Assembly (NCBI GenBank): GCA_003056285.1
Contig: NDWU01000002.1
Coordinates: 70,839 to 94,838 of the forward strand
DNA from: Candidatus Terraquivivens tikiterensis
Lineage (GTDB): Archaea > Thermoproteota > Nitrososphaeria_A > Caldarchaeales > Wolframiiraptoraceae
Direction: 5' to 3'
DNA: 24,000 nt
Shown here: positions 15,839 through 24,000 of the stretch, piece by piece
How the letters are laid out: each line of letters starts with the position of its first letter
Numbering within the stretch: position 1 is the first letter of the stretch
Translations under genes and position numbers: made by a program
The notes under the pieces: generated by a model
Database searches by the model: none
What the model was told of the DNA's origin: nothing
Seen by the model: only the letters and a program-made list of their open reading frames with translations

Positions 15839-17104
15839 ATGCAGCCAGGTCTTAAGATGATGATATTCCCGAGAAGGTTCGTCATAGGTCCTGGCGCGAT
15901 GAAGGTCGCAGGAAAGCTCGCCAAGATATACGTCAAGAAGCCGTTAATAATTGGCGGGAAGAGGGCCCTCGAGGCATGCAGGAAGGCAGGGCTCCAGTCA
16001 GGCCTTGAGAAGGAGGGCGTGAAGTACGTCGAGGCGGTATTCGGCGAAAAGGTTCCGTACGGTCCGGAGTGCTGCGAGCCGGAGATAGAGAGGCTCACGA
16101 AGATAGGAAGGGAGAACGGCTGCGACGGCGTAATAACAGCAGGAGGCGGCAAGGTTATAGATACTGGTAAAATCGTCGGGGATAAGCTGGGCGGCGAGAG
16201 CATAGTCATACCGACGATAACGGCGACGGACGCTCCTACCAGCGCCCTTTCTGTCGTTTATACGCCAGACCACGTATTCAAAGAGGTTTGGTACTTCAAC
16301 CTGAACCCGGCCATGGTCCTAATAGACTCTAAGATAGTCGCCGAGGCTCCTGCAAGGTGGCTCGCCGGAGGCATGGGAGACGCAGCCTCCAAGAAGTTCG
16401 AGGGAAGGGCCTGTGTAAGGACAGGAGCAAAGAACTTAGCCGTAAAGCCAGAGTGGCTCGGAGCAGGACCAGACCTAGCCTTCCTCATCTGCGAGAACCA
16501 ATGGGAGAGGCTGAAGGCATACGGGGAGGCTGCGATGGACGCCGCGAGGAAGAAGGTAGTTTCGCCCCAGCTAGAGGCCATAATAGAGACGAACGTGCTA
16601 TTCAGCGGGCTTGGTTTCGAGAGTTGCGGCTTGGGCGCGGCACACGGTGTTTACTATGGATTAACGGCGATAGAGCACTACATACCTCCGGAGAAGTTCC
16701 CGACGCATGGGGAGCTAGTGTTCTGGGGAGGTTTCGTCCAGCTTATATCAGAGGACGCTCCGATGAGCGAGATACTGGAGTACGCTACGTGGGGGCATAG
16801 GGTAGGCCTGCCGCTAACTTTCGAGGAGATAGGATTCAAGCCTGGCGAGCCGAACGACGAGATGCTATGGAAGGCGGCGGAGAAGGCGACGCTCGACCCA
16901 GGCTCCACAATCCATACCGAGTTCTACATGAACATGCAGGCTAAGGAGATAGGTCCTTACAAGAACATCGTTGACCCGGTGGAGCACATATTCTACTCGA
17001 TGAAGGCGGCCGACGAGATAGGAAAGAGGATAGCGTCCCAGGTCCCGAGGGTTCCTTACGAGGCTAAGTGGGTACCTTACGACGCCTTCATGAAGAAGCA
17101 TTGA
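15839..17104 (+). CDS. gldA: Glycerol dehydrogenase-like, iron/zinc-containing alcohol dehydrogenase superfamily (GldA-like)
   Basis: 'PRRFVIGPGAM', 'GGGKVIDTGKIVGDKLG', 'IPTITATDAPTSALSVVYTPD', 'APARWLAGGMGDA', metal-ligand regions 'AAHGVYYGLTAIEHYIP...THGELV'. Confidence 0.85.
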   Translation: MQPGLKMMIFPRRFVIGPGAMKVAGKLAKIYVKKPLIIGGKRALEACRKAGLQSGLEKEGVKYVEAVFGEKVPYGPECCEPEIERLTKIGRENGCDGVITAGGGKVIDTGKIVGDKLGGESIVIPTITATDAPTSALSVVYTPDHVFKEVWYFNLNPAMVLIDSKIVAEAPARWLAGGMGDAASKKFEGRACVRTGAKNLAVKPEWLGAGPDLAFLICENQWERLKAYGEAAMDAARKKVVSPQLEAIIETNVLFSGLGFESCGLGAAHGVYYGLTAIEHYIPPEKFPTHGELVFWGGFVQLISEDAPMSEILEYATWGHRVGLPLTFEEIGFKPGEPNDEMLWKAAEKATLDPGSTIHTEFYMNMQAKEIGPYKNIVDPVEHIFYSMKAADEIGKRIASQVPRVPYEAKWVPYDAFMKKH

Positions 17105-17200
17105 GAATTTAAACAAAACCCCATTTTTTATTCTGTCGGGCTTGTTTTACCTCTTCAAAGGTATAAAAGAGCCTTTAGCATAGGAAAGTATGCAGCGTTC

Positions 17201-18661
17201 ATGAAAGTGATAGGCATCGTGGCGAGCCATGCGACAGAATCCCGCGTAACGATGATACTTAACGAGGGGATGGAGAGGGAAGTAGAGAACGAAAGCCTGG
17301 TCTTGGTGGAGAACAGGAACGGCGGTAAGATACTAGCAGTCTGCAGGGGAGGCATCGGTATAAACGACGCCCTGAGGGCGACTATATATTCTCCCGGCGT
17401 TGCCTACGCTAAGGCTGGCAGGCAGCCGAGCACTGCAAAGGAGTTTTTCGGCTTTAACCTTGTGGTGATAGGCGACGTATCGAGGGGAAGGATCGAGCAG
17501 AACAAACGCATAATAGCCCCAACATCGCCCGTAAAGCTTTTTGAAGAGCACGAGGACCCATTTTCCTACTTCGGCCCATACAGCCTGAAAATAGGACATT
17601 ACAAAGATGTCGTAAGCTGGAAAGTGCCAGTGCGCGAGGAGTACATACCGTTCCACATAGGCGTATTCGGCGTGACGGGGTCGGGAAAATCCTTCTTCTG
17701 TAGGTACGAGTTAATTCCTTTACTCAGGAAGGCCGGTTACGATGTTTTGGTTTTTGACTGGAAGGGTTCGGATTACGCTCCCTACTTCGACGGGAAGATA
17801 TCGATGCGGGATATAGAGTTGGACGATGAGGCAATAATATCCTACCTATGCTCAAAGGCGGGAAACTTTGGCTCCGGCAAAATGGCAGATACGATGAGGG
17901 CCTACCTCGAGGAGGCCCTTTCCGACGGCGAGTGGAAGTCCTACCCTCCCGAGGGAGCAAAGGAAGTACTCTACTCTAAAATAAAAAGGGCAATAGAAGA
18001 GGATAATAGGGATAAGCAGGGTAATATAACCCAGTGGGGCAGGATATACGTACGCCGCTTAGAAAAAGGGTTTAAGCGGATTACCTTGGACGACTTCGAA
18101 ACTGTTCTTGGTAAGATGGGGCCTGAGCAGATAGTAGAAAGGCTGAGGGCCCAGCACGTTCTCGTCATAGACATGAGCCTCGGTAGCAAAGAGCAGAAGC
18201 TTTCGGTTTTCCTATCGGTAGCGAGGTACCTTAAGGACTTAATGGAGAAGAAGAACAGGTTAAACGTAGCTCTCCTCATAGACGAGGCCCCGCAGTACTG
18301 TCCGTATTCACCCCGTGACCTCGAGGAGGAAACGACCGAGATGATAACCTCCTTGTGTGCCCTCGGTAGGACATATGGCCTTTCGATGATCCTTCTCTCC
18401 CAGGGCATTGCCGGTGAGATAGGAATAAACGCCGCCGTTAGGAGGAACCTGAACACTCTATTCATAGGACGAATACATCCCCTAGACCTGGACGAGGCCT
18501 CAAAGCTATTTGCGATGTCAGGGGTAGAACCAGAGAACCTCCTAAGGCTTCCAGAGGGCCACTTTTACTTCGTCGGCAAGATGAACCCGTCACCCATCCC
18601 GCTCCTTCTGAGCTTTCAGATAAGGGAGGATGAGAAGGTTGGGCGTTCGGCAGGAGCTTGA
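17201..18661 (+). CDS. herA: HerA-like ATPase/helicase (HAS barrel, DUF87)
   Basis: Walker A 'FGVTGSGKSFF', 'LLIDEAPQYCPYSPRDLEEETTEMITSLCALGRTYGLSMILLSQ'. Followed by an overlapping NurA-like gene. Confidence 0.85.
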   Translation: MKVIGIVASHATESRVTMILNEGMEREVENESLVLVENRNGGKILAVCRGGIGINDALRATIYSPGVAYAKAGRQPSTAKEFFGFNLVVIGDVSRGRIEQNKRIIAPTSPVKLFEEHEDPFSYFGPYSLKIGHYKDVVSWKVPVREEYIPFHIGVFGVTGSGKSFFCRYELIPLLRKAGYDVLVFDWKGSDYAPYFDGKISMRDIELDDEAIISYLCSKAGNFGSGKMADTMRAYLEEALSDGEWKSYPPEGAKEVLYSKIKRAIEEDNRDKQGNITQWGRIYVRRLEKGFKRITLDDFETVLGKMGPEQIVERLRAQHVLVIDMSLGSKEQKLSVFLSVARYLKDLMEKKNRLNVALLIDEAPQYCPYSPRDLEEETTEMITSLCALGRTYGLSMILLSQGIAGEIGINAAVRRNLNTLFIGRIHPLDLDEASKLFAMSGVEPENLLRLPEGHFYFVGKMNPSPIPLLLSFQIREDEKVGRSAGA

Positions 18662-19859
18662 TGAGTATCCCGACTGGAGCAGGATGCCCAAGGTTTTACA
18701 GAGCAGGTTCTTCGAGCTTGCTGAGGCTGAGGCTCAAAAATTGATACGTGCCAACCTAGTCGATGCGAATGCCGTAGAAACGTTAAGGAAGATGCTGAAG
18801 ATAAAGAGGCTCGAGAGCTACGAAGGTTGGGATGAGCTTCTGGTCGCCTGCGTCGATGGTTCCGATTCCCCTGTCTGCAACGAGCGCATAAGCCTTAGGT
18901 ACGCCCTATTCGCAAGCGCCTACAAGCTCTTCAAAGGCTTGGAGGGGCTTGATGAGGAATTCATGAGCGATTATTACAGCGATAGGCAGATCCTACCGCA
19001 CGAAAAATTTTCCAAGATCGTCGAGCTCTTCATGACGTACTACGAGAGGTTGATGGCCCATCGTGCCTTGAGAAAGCACTCGCCTGACATACTGATGCTG
19101 GACGGTAGCTTCTTCGGTTACAGGGCCAGATGCAGCGAGATACTTGATGAGGAGATCGATTGGACGCCCTTCGGCAGGCATACGGGCTTTAAAACCGGAA
19201 AAGAGCTCGTGGACGAGGTAACAAAGCTAACGGTTGAGTTGGTAAAATCCGGCAGGGCGTTGGGCGTAATAAAAAGGGTGAATACCGCCTCGATAGACGG
19301 TTGGATCGCTTACAAGTATCCCTCGAGCAAGCCGATAGGCCTGAACGACCGTGCTATTTTGAGCATCCTCATGGAGACGTGCACGCTCTTCTCGTACGAT
19401 GAGGCTTTTGATGTGAACTTTAACATACTAAACTGGTACAGGGAGGTTTCGAGGGAGTTAAAAGGAAAGGACCCCGAGGATATTCTTAGAGGGGTCGAGA
19501 GAAGGCTCAGGGTTCAAATAAAAGCCGACTTGGGCGACGAATCTTACATAACGTACGTCATGGATACGAAGCGCTGCTACATTAAGACCATGGAGGAACA
19601 TCCGCCAGTATGCGTAGAGTTTTGGAAGGGGAGCGACCCTGAGTGGGTAAAGAAGGCTCTCTGGTACGTTTACGCGTCGAGGGACCCAGCGACAGGCCTC
19701 CCCTTCCCGCTGGATATAGTCGACAGCCTAGTAAGCTTGCCTAAGGGAGTCGCGAGGGAGTTCGCCGAGGAGGTGGAGGCTCGGCTTCTAAGGGCGGGCG
19801 TGGACCAAAAAGTCCTCCTTAACCTCTTTAGCAGATTTAACCCGCAGAAGGAGGAGTAG
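18630..19859 (+). CDS. nurA: NurA-like 5'-3' nuclease
   Basis: 'LLVACVDGSDSP' and 'ILMLDGSFFG' acidic motifs; overlaps the 3' end of herA by 32 nt, consistent with translational coupling. Confidence 0.75.
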   Translation: MRRLGVRQELDEYPDWSRMPKVLQSRFFELAEAEAQKLIRANLVDANAVETLRKMLKIKRLESYEGWDELLVACVDGSDSPVCNERISLRYALFASAYKLFKGLEGLDEEFMSDYYSDRQILPHEKFSKIVELFMTYYERLMAHRALRKHSPDILMLDGSFFGYRARCSEILDEEIDWTPFGRHTGFKTGKELVDEVTKLTVELVKSGRALGVIKRVNTASIDGWIAYKYPSSKPIGLNDRAILSILMETCTLFSYDEAFDVNFNILNWYREVSRELKGKDPEDILRGVERRLRVQIKADLGDESYITYVMDTKRCYIKTMEEHPPVCVEFWKGSDPEWVKKALWYVYASRDPATGLPFPLDIVDSLVSLPKGVAREFAEEVEARLLRAGVDQKVLLNLFSRFNPQKEE

Positions 19860-19885
19860 AGAAAACGCTGAATACGGAGCTGTCC

Positions 19886-20563
19886 ATGATCGGCTTGCTC
19901 GATGTTTACAGGAGCAAGTTAATGGGGCTTCTACCATACTTTGATTGGTACCCATGCGACGCCCACTCGCCAAAGTGGTGGGGAGGTTTAGAAAGCCCAG
20001 AAGAGGTTGCCATAACGGCGGTTCTAGTCCAGCAGACTAGGTGGGAGAACGTAAAGAAAGCTTACGAGAACTTAAGGTTAGCGCGTTTGAACAACTTCGT
20101 TGCCATTAAAAAATCGAGCGCGAACTTCATAAAAAACTGCATAAGATCGGTCGGCATGAATGCCAGCAAATCTAAAAAGCTGAAGGGGTTAGCCGATGCT
20201 GTTGTTAAAAACGGCGGCTGGGAGCGTTTTATTAACAGGGACTTAGAGAAGGTAAGGGCAGACCTTCTAGGGGTGAATGGCATAGGGTATGAGACTGCTG
20301 ATTCGATCCTTTTGTTTGCAGGGAACCACTTAATATTTCCGGCCTCGAGGCTAGTTGCTAGAGTTTTAGAGCGGGTTGGTTTCAGCGTTCCTAAGGGCTA
20401 TGAGGCGTTCAGAAGGTTTATCGAATCAGGGTTGCCGAGGAACCTTTTTGATTACAAGCTCTTCTACGCTTCCTCGCTCGTCATCACAAAGGTTGCGTGC
20501 CGCTCCTCCGATCCTGAGTGCTCGAAGTGCCCTCTTAGCGATGCGTGCTACAAGTTTTTATAA
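19886..20563 (+). CDS. Endonuclease III-like HhH-GPD protein with 4Fe-4S cluster motif
   Basis: 'AVLVQQTRWENV', 'LLGVNGIGYETADSILLFAG' HhH, and C-terminal C-x6-C-x2-C-x5-C ('CRSSDPECSKCPLSDAC'). Confidence 0.85.
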   Translation: MIGLLDVYRSKLMGLLPYFDWYPCDAHSPKWWGGLESPEEVAITAVLVQQTRWENVKKAYENLRLARLNNFVAIKKSSANFIKNCIRSVGMNASKSKKLKGLADAVVKNGGWERFINRDLEKVRADLLGVNGIGYETADSILLFAGNHLIFPASRLVARVLERVGFSVPKGYEAFRRFIESGLPRNLFDYKLFYASSLVITKVACRSSDPECSKCPLSDACYKFL

Positions 20564-20599
20564 AAACTTGCGAAAAGGGCAGGTAGGTTCGGGCAATCG

Positions 20600-20750
20600 G
20601 GCTATACGCTCATAGCAACGTATGGCACCACCCATGAAGGGGGAATGCCCACCGGGCGTGGCGCCTCCTGATCGGAGGCTAAAAGTCTATGAACTACCGG
20701 TAGATGAAAGCCTTAGAGCAAAAACCAGGGCTTCGGCAGTTAGAGCGTCA
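20600..20750 (+). ncRNA. Candidate structured RNA or IS right-end relic (copy B), similar to copy A at 11998-12200
   Basis: Intergenic. 'CGTATGGCACCACCCATG...GCCTCC-TGATC-GGAGGC-TAAAAGTCTATGAACTACCGGTAGATGAAAGCCTTAGAGCAAAAACCAGGGCTTCGGCAGTTAGAGC'. Order and spacing of blocks match copy A. Confidence 0.4.
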
Positions 20751-21443
20751 AACGTTCTTTAGCGATACCAAGTTATACGGCCTTTCTTTTAAGATGATAT
20801 AACCCGCCAGGTCAAAAAACCTATCAGCCCTATGTATTACGACCGAATCGCTTGAGACCACTACGCACCTATCCCTGAGAAGGGCCGAGTCGACGCTTTT
20901 CTCAGTCTCCGCCGAGCCTTTCATGCCCTCTTCTTCCAAGATTTTTCTCGTAAGGGCCGATATTTCGCCACTCCTGCTTATCTGGCTTTCGTAGTAGAAG
21001 ATAGCTTCTTCGGCCTTGAGCTCCTTTAGGGTCTTAACGATCAACCTTATAAGACCCTCGGTCGCACCCGTCGGCTTGAAATCCCCATGGACTTCTGAAA
21101 CGTCCCTCACCACGCCATCGTCGCAAAGCACCAACAGCCTGCCATCCTTGAACGACTGCAAGGTATTCAGCACGTTGAAGCCATCTACCGCAACCTTAAC
21201 GCCTTTCAGCCCGCTCGGGTCCATGGCCTTTTCCCTCACCTTCCTAGCCCACTCTGAAGAGGAGACGCACCGGTACAGTATGCTCCTAGCCATCCTGTCA
21301 AGCACGTACCTGTTCGCTACAAAGTCAACGGCTGACTCTCTTTTGTATTCCCTATCTAAAAGGTACCTTAGGTCCTCGGCTGCCCTTAGTAGCTTATCCC
21401 AAACGCTCCTCACCCACTCCACATCGTCCATAAAACCAACCAT
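20748..21443 (-). CDS. DUF434-like conserved archaeal protein
   Basis: 231 aa. 'KVAVDGFNVLNTLQSFKDGRLLVLCDDGVVRDVSEVHGDFK' and 'VDSALLRDRCVVVSSDSVVIHRADRFFDLAGYII' resemble DUF434/DUF5616 proteins. Confidence 0.65.
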   Translation of the reverse strand: MVGFMDDVEWVRSVWDKLLRAAEDLRYLLDREYKRESAVDFVANRYVLDRMARSILYRCVSSSEWARKVREKAMDPSGLKGVKVAVDGFNVLNTLQSFKDGRLLVLCDDGVVRDVSEVHGDFKPTGATEGLIRLIVKTLKELKAEEAIFYYESQISRSGEISALTRKILEEEGMKGSAETEKSVDSALLRDRCVVVSSDSVVIHRADRFFDLAGYIILKERPYNLVSLKNV

Positions 21444-21447
21444 CCAC

Positions 21448-24000
21448 TCAAGGATTTATCTCGACGAAGATCCCAGGTCTGAGCGGTAGTGCATGCCTAG
21501 ACTTCCCCATGGGGTCGTATATCCCTGGCTCGTCCTCAGCCCAGATATGGAAAGGGCACCCGATCTCCGACTCTAGGAAACTCTTGGCCTCATCGTATAC
21601 CTTCTTCTCTTGCGAGGCTAACTCGAGCAAGACATTCCTGGAGATTTCAGACGGGAACGAGGAGATATGCTCCACGATTTTTTTGACGATGGAAGGTATC
21701 TCTTTTCTCTTATCAGGAAAAACCTTCAAAGATTCCTTGATCACTATGCCCGGCTCCTTCATGACGTCCTTTAAATCAAAGCCCAGTATGATGGATAGCA
21801 CCTTCAGCTTCCATGCCGAAGAGGTATAGACGTGAGCCCTGATGGGTTTCCTTTCGGTGACCTCTATTATTTCCCTCAGGTCCCCCAGCAACCTAGCTAT
21901 CAGCTCCTCCGACGCCTCGGCTAGTTCGTCAACCTCTTCCGGACGGTAATCGGGCCACCTGGCAAGGGATACGAAGCCGCCATTGCCTAGCTTGGACCAG
22001 GCCTCTTCAGCGGTGAAGGGCGCGAATGGTGCCAGTAGCCTTACCCATGTATCCAAGAAGGTTAGCACGGAGCGCGTTAGCTTTTTCCTTCTCCTGACGT
22101 ACCATTTCCAGTCATTGTACATCCCGTAAAGGGCTTCGTGACATGCAGTCCTAGTCTTTAGGGATTCCATAGCATCCGTCACGACCTTCACCCTCTTGAC
22201 CATCTTGCTGATGAGCCATCTTTCCAGCCTATCCTCACACGCCTCCAACTCCGAAGACGTGGCTTCTTCCACTATTTTTAGGAAAAGATCCAGCATCCTC
22301 CTAGTCTCTTGAGCGTTCTTATCCCTCCAATCAGGGTCATCCATGCCTTCCGCAGCCAGAAGTAGTGTGCATCTTGTAGCGTCTACCCCGTACTTCGCCA
22401 AGGCCGCTTTTATCGGTATCATGTTACCCTTGCTTTTGCTCATCTTCTCCCCTTCGACCGTTACCATGCCGTTGACGCCGATGCACCTAGGCCAGAGGCC
22501 CTCGTCGAAAAGGGCAACATGGTGGAAAATGTAGAACGTCAGATGGTTTGGTACGAGCTCCTTCGCGGATATCCTACAATCCACGGGATACCAGTAAAGG
22601 AATTCGTCCCTCATGCTTTCCAGTACGCTTTTGGGAATGCCGGTTTCTTTTGAAACCTTCTCCGGATCCCCAACGCCTAGGAAAACGTAATCAAAAACTT
22701 CTAACGTGAGCTGATCGGGTTTAACAGTTCCGTCATTCATGTACTTGCTTATAGTGTACAGGGCAGGGTATATCGTCGAATCGCTCAACGTTTCTACTAT
22801 CCACGATCTGTCCCAAGGTAGCGGGGTCCCCAACCCAGTCTTCCTCGTGCATGCCCAGTCACGGAGCCAGTCAACGACGTTCAAGAACCATTGCCTTGCC
22901 TCCTCGGGGAATATGTTCATTTTCATTATCTGCATCCTTACCTTCTTCTTCCACTCTGGGTCAGAGTACGTGAGGAACCATTGGTCTTTCACGACCTTTA
23001 CCAAACACTCGCTACCGCAACGACAAACGACTTTGCTTGGCAGGTCATACATCACGTCCCCTAAGCCCGACGAAATGAGCCTAGCTTTGACGGCATCCCT
23101 CGCTACCCTTACGGGTAAGCCCGAGTACTCGCCGCAGTTATTTTTCATTATACCTTCATGAAACTCTTTGGAGTACACCTCCCTGGTTGCCTCTTCCAAC
23201 CTCTCATCATCTTGCCCCGATATGCCCATCCTATTCACGACCTCCACCGCAGGAAAGTCTCCGTATCCTGGGACGCTTATTATGGATATAGGCCTCAGCC
23301 CTTTAAGAAGCTCGGCATACATGCTCATGCCTTCTGTTATATTCCTTTGTAGTTCCAGTAGCGCCGCGTAATCGTAAGGTGCATGGGCCGGTACGCTGAA
23401 CACCACGCCGGATACGACGTTTGGGTCAACGAAGCCCGCGGGGAGTATGGGCAGCTCTGAGCCAGTAATCGGAGCCTTACATTTCTTGCCCATGAGTTCT
23501 TTGGCATTAATCGGTCTCAGAATGTTGATCCCATGTTTTTGCTCCATTAACTTCTCCGCCGCTTTTCTGCTCACCAAAATCCTCTTGCCATAGTACTCGA
23601 CTAGCACGTACTCCGCGTACGGGTTGAGCCAGACGTTCGTAGCGCCGAATACCGTTTCTGGCCTTAGCGTACCGGCTGCCAGGTAAAAGCCATCGCATTC
23701 AAAAAACACGAGCGTATACTCTTCTGGGACTATGCCCTCGCCGACCAACCTATCGTGGTCGCCCGTCGCGCTTTGGCAAGCCGGACACCACACAACGGGG
23801 TGCTCGCCCATGCTGACGAAGCCTTTTTCGCGTAACCTCAGATACTGCCATTGGATGAACTTGCTATAGTAAGGGTGCAAATCCGTCGTATAAAACTCCC
23901 TCCTCCAGTCGACGGAAAAACCCATGGCATCGACGACCTTTCTATTCTCACCCGTGTAGTATTTGCATATAAAGGCAGGGTCCGTGAAGCGCGGTATCAA
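21448..24000 (-). CDS. leuS: Leucyl-tRNA synthetase, archaeal type (N-terminus beyond window edge)
   Basis: 'GFSVDWRREFYTTDLHPYYSKFIQWQYLRLREKGFV', editing domain 'GTLRPETVFGATNVW' and 'FSVPAHAPYDYAAL', 'GEKMSKSKGN'. The called TTG start sits at the window boundary, so the true start is outside. Confidence 0.93.
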   Translation of the reverse strand: MIPRFTDPAFICKYYTGENRKVVDAMGFSVDWRREFYTTDLHPYYSKFIQWQYLRLREKGFVSMGEHPVVWCPACQSATGDHDRLVGEGIVPEEYTLVFFECDGFYLAAGTLRPETVFGATNVWLNPYAEYVLVEYYGKRILVSRKAAEKLMEQKHGINILRPINAKELMGKKCKAPITGSELPILPAGFVDPNVVSGVVFSVPAHAPYDYAALLELQRNITEGMSMYAELLKGLRPISIISVPGYGDFPAVEVVNRMGISGQDDERLEEATREVYSKEFHEGIMKNNCGEYSGLPVRVARDAVKARLISSGLGDVMYDLPSKVVCRCGSECLVKVVKDQWFLTYSDPEWKKKVRMQIMKMNIFPEEARQWFLNVVDWLRDWACTRKTGLGTPLPWDRSWIVETLSDSTIYPALYTISKYMNDGTVKPDQLTLEVFDYVFLGVGDPEKVSKETGIPKSVLESMRDEFLYWYPVDCRISAKELVPNHLTFYIFHHVALFDEGLWPRCIGVNGMVTVEGEKMSKSKGNMIPIKAALAKYGVDATRCTLLLAAEGMDDPDWRDKNAQETRRMLDLFLKIVEEATSSELEACEDRLERWLISKMVKRVKVVTDAMESLKTRTACHEALYGMYNDWKWYVRRRKKLTRSVLTFLDTWVRLLAPFAPFTAEEAWSKLGNGGFVSLARWPDYRPEEVDELAEASEELIARLLGDLREIIEVTERKPIRAHVYTSSAWKLKVLSIILGFDLKDVMKEPGIVIKESLKVFPDKRKEIPSIVKKIVEHISSFPSEISRNVLLELASQEKKVYDEAKSFLESEIGCPFHIWAEDEPGIYDPMGKSRHALPLRPGIFVEINP

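Noticed and set aside
15839-17104. Archaeal glycerol-1-phosphate dehydrogenase (EgsA) for lipid synthesis
   Set aside because: The metal-site motif is TATDAPTSAL, GldA-type, rather than the EgsA-type ASHDG pattern.
1-24000. CRISPR array or cas genes
   Set aside because: No regularly spaced direct repeats and no Cas-like proteins seen. TnpB is the only RNA-guided nuclease candidate.

Overview
Archaeal window, based on an intron-containing tRNA-Tyr(GUA), a HerA/NurA pair and an archaeal-type LeuRS. From left to right it holds: (1) a two-gene methyltransferase cluster with a monomethylamine methyltransferase (MtmB)-like protein that carries His instead of pyrrolysine, followed 1 nt later by a methanol methyltransferase (MtaB)-like protein; (2) a minus-strand BMP/nucleoside-type ABC transporter operon (2 permeases, double ATPase, lipoprotein-like binding protein); (3) a P5C-dehydrogenase-like ALDH; (4) tRNA-Tyr(GUA) with a 44-nt intron; (5) a VapBC-like toxin-antitoxin operon split precisely at its gene junction by a TnpB-only IS605-type element of about 1326 bp; (6) a structured non-coding region with a second, similar copy near 20.68 kb; (7) a glycyl radical enzyme closely resembling trans-4-hydroxyproline dehydratase (HypD), its radical-SAM activase, and a GldA-like dehydrogenase; (8) HerA, NurA and an EndoIII-like protein missing both canonical catalytic residues; (9) a DUF434-like protein and the C-terminal ~850 aa of LeuRS. 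The observations most worth follow-up are the non-pyrrolysine MtmB plus MtaB pair, the TnpB insertion into vapBC with a reconstructable empty site, the paired ncRNA/omega-RNA-like motifs, and the archaeal HypD-like system. All family assignments were made by eye from remembered family sequences; no database search was run.
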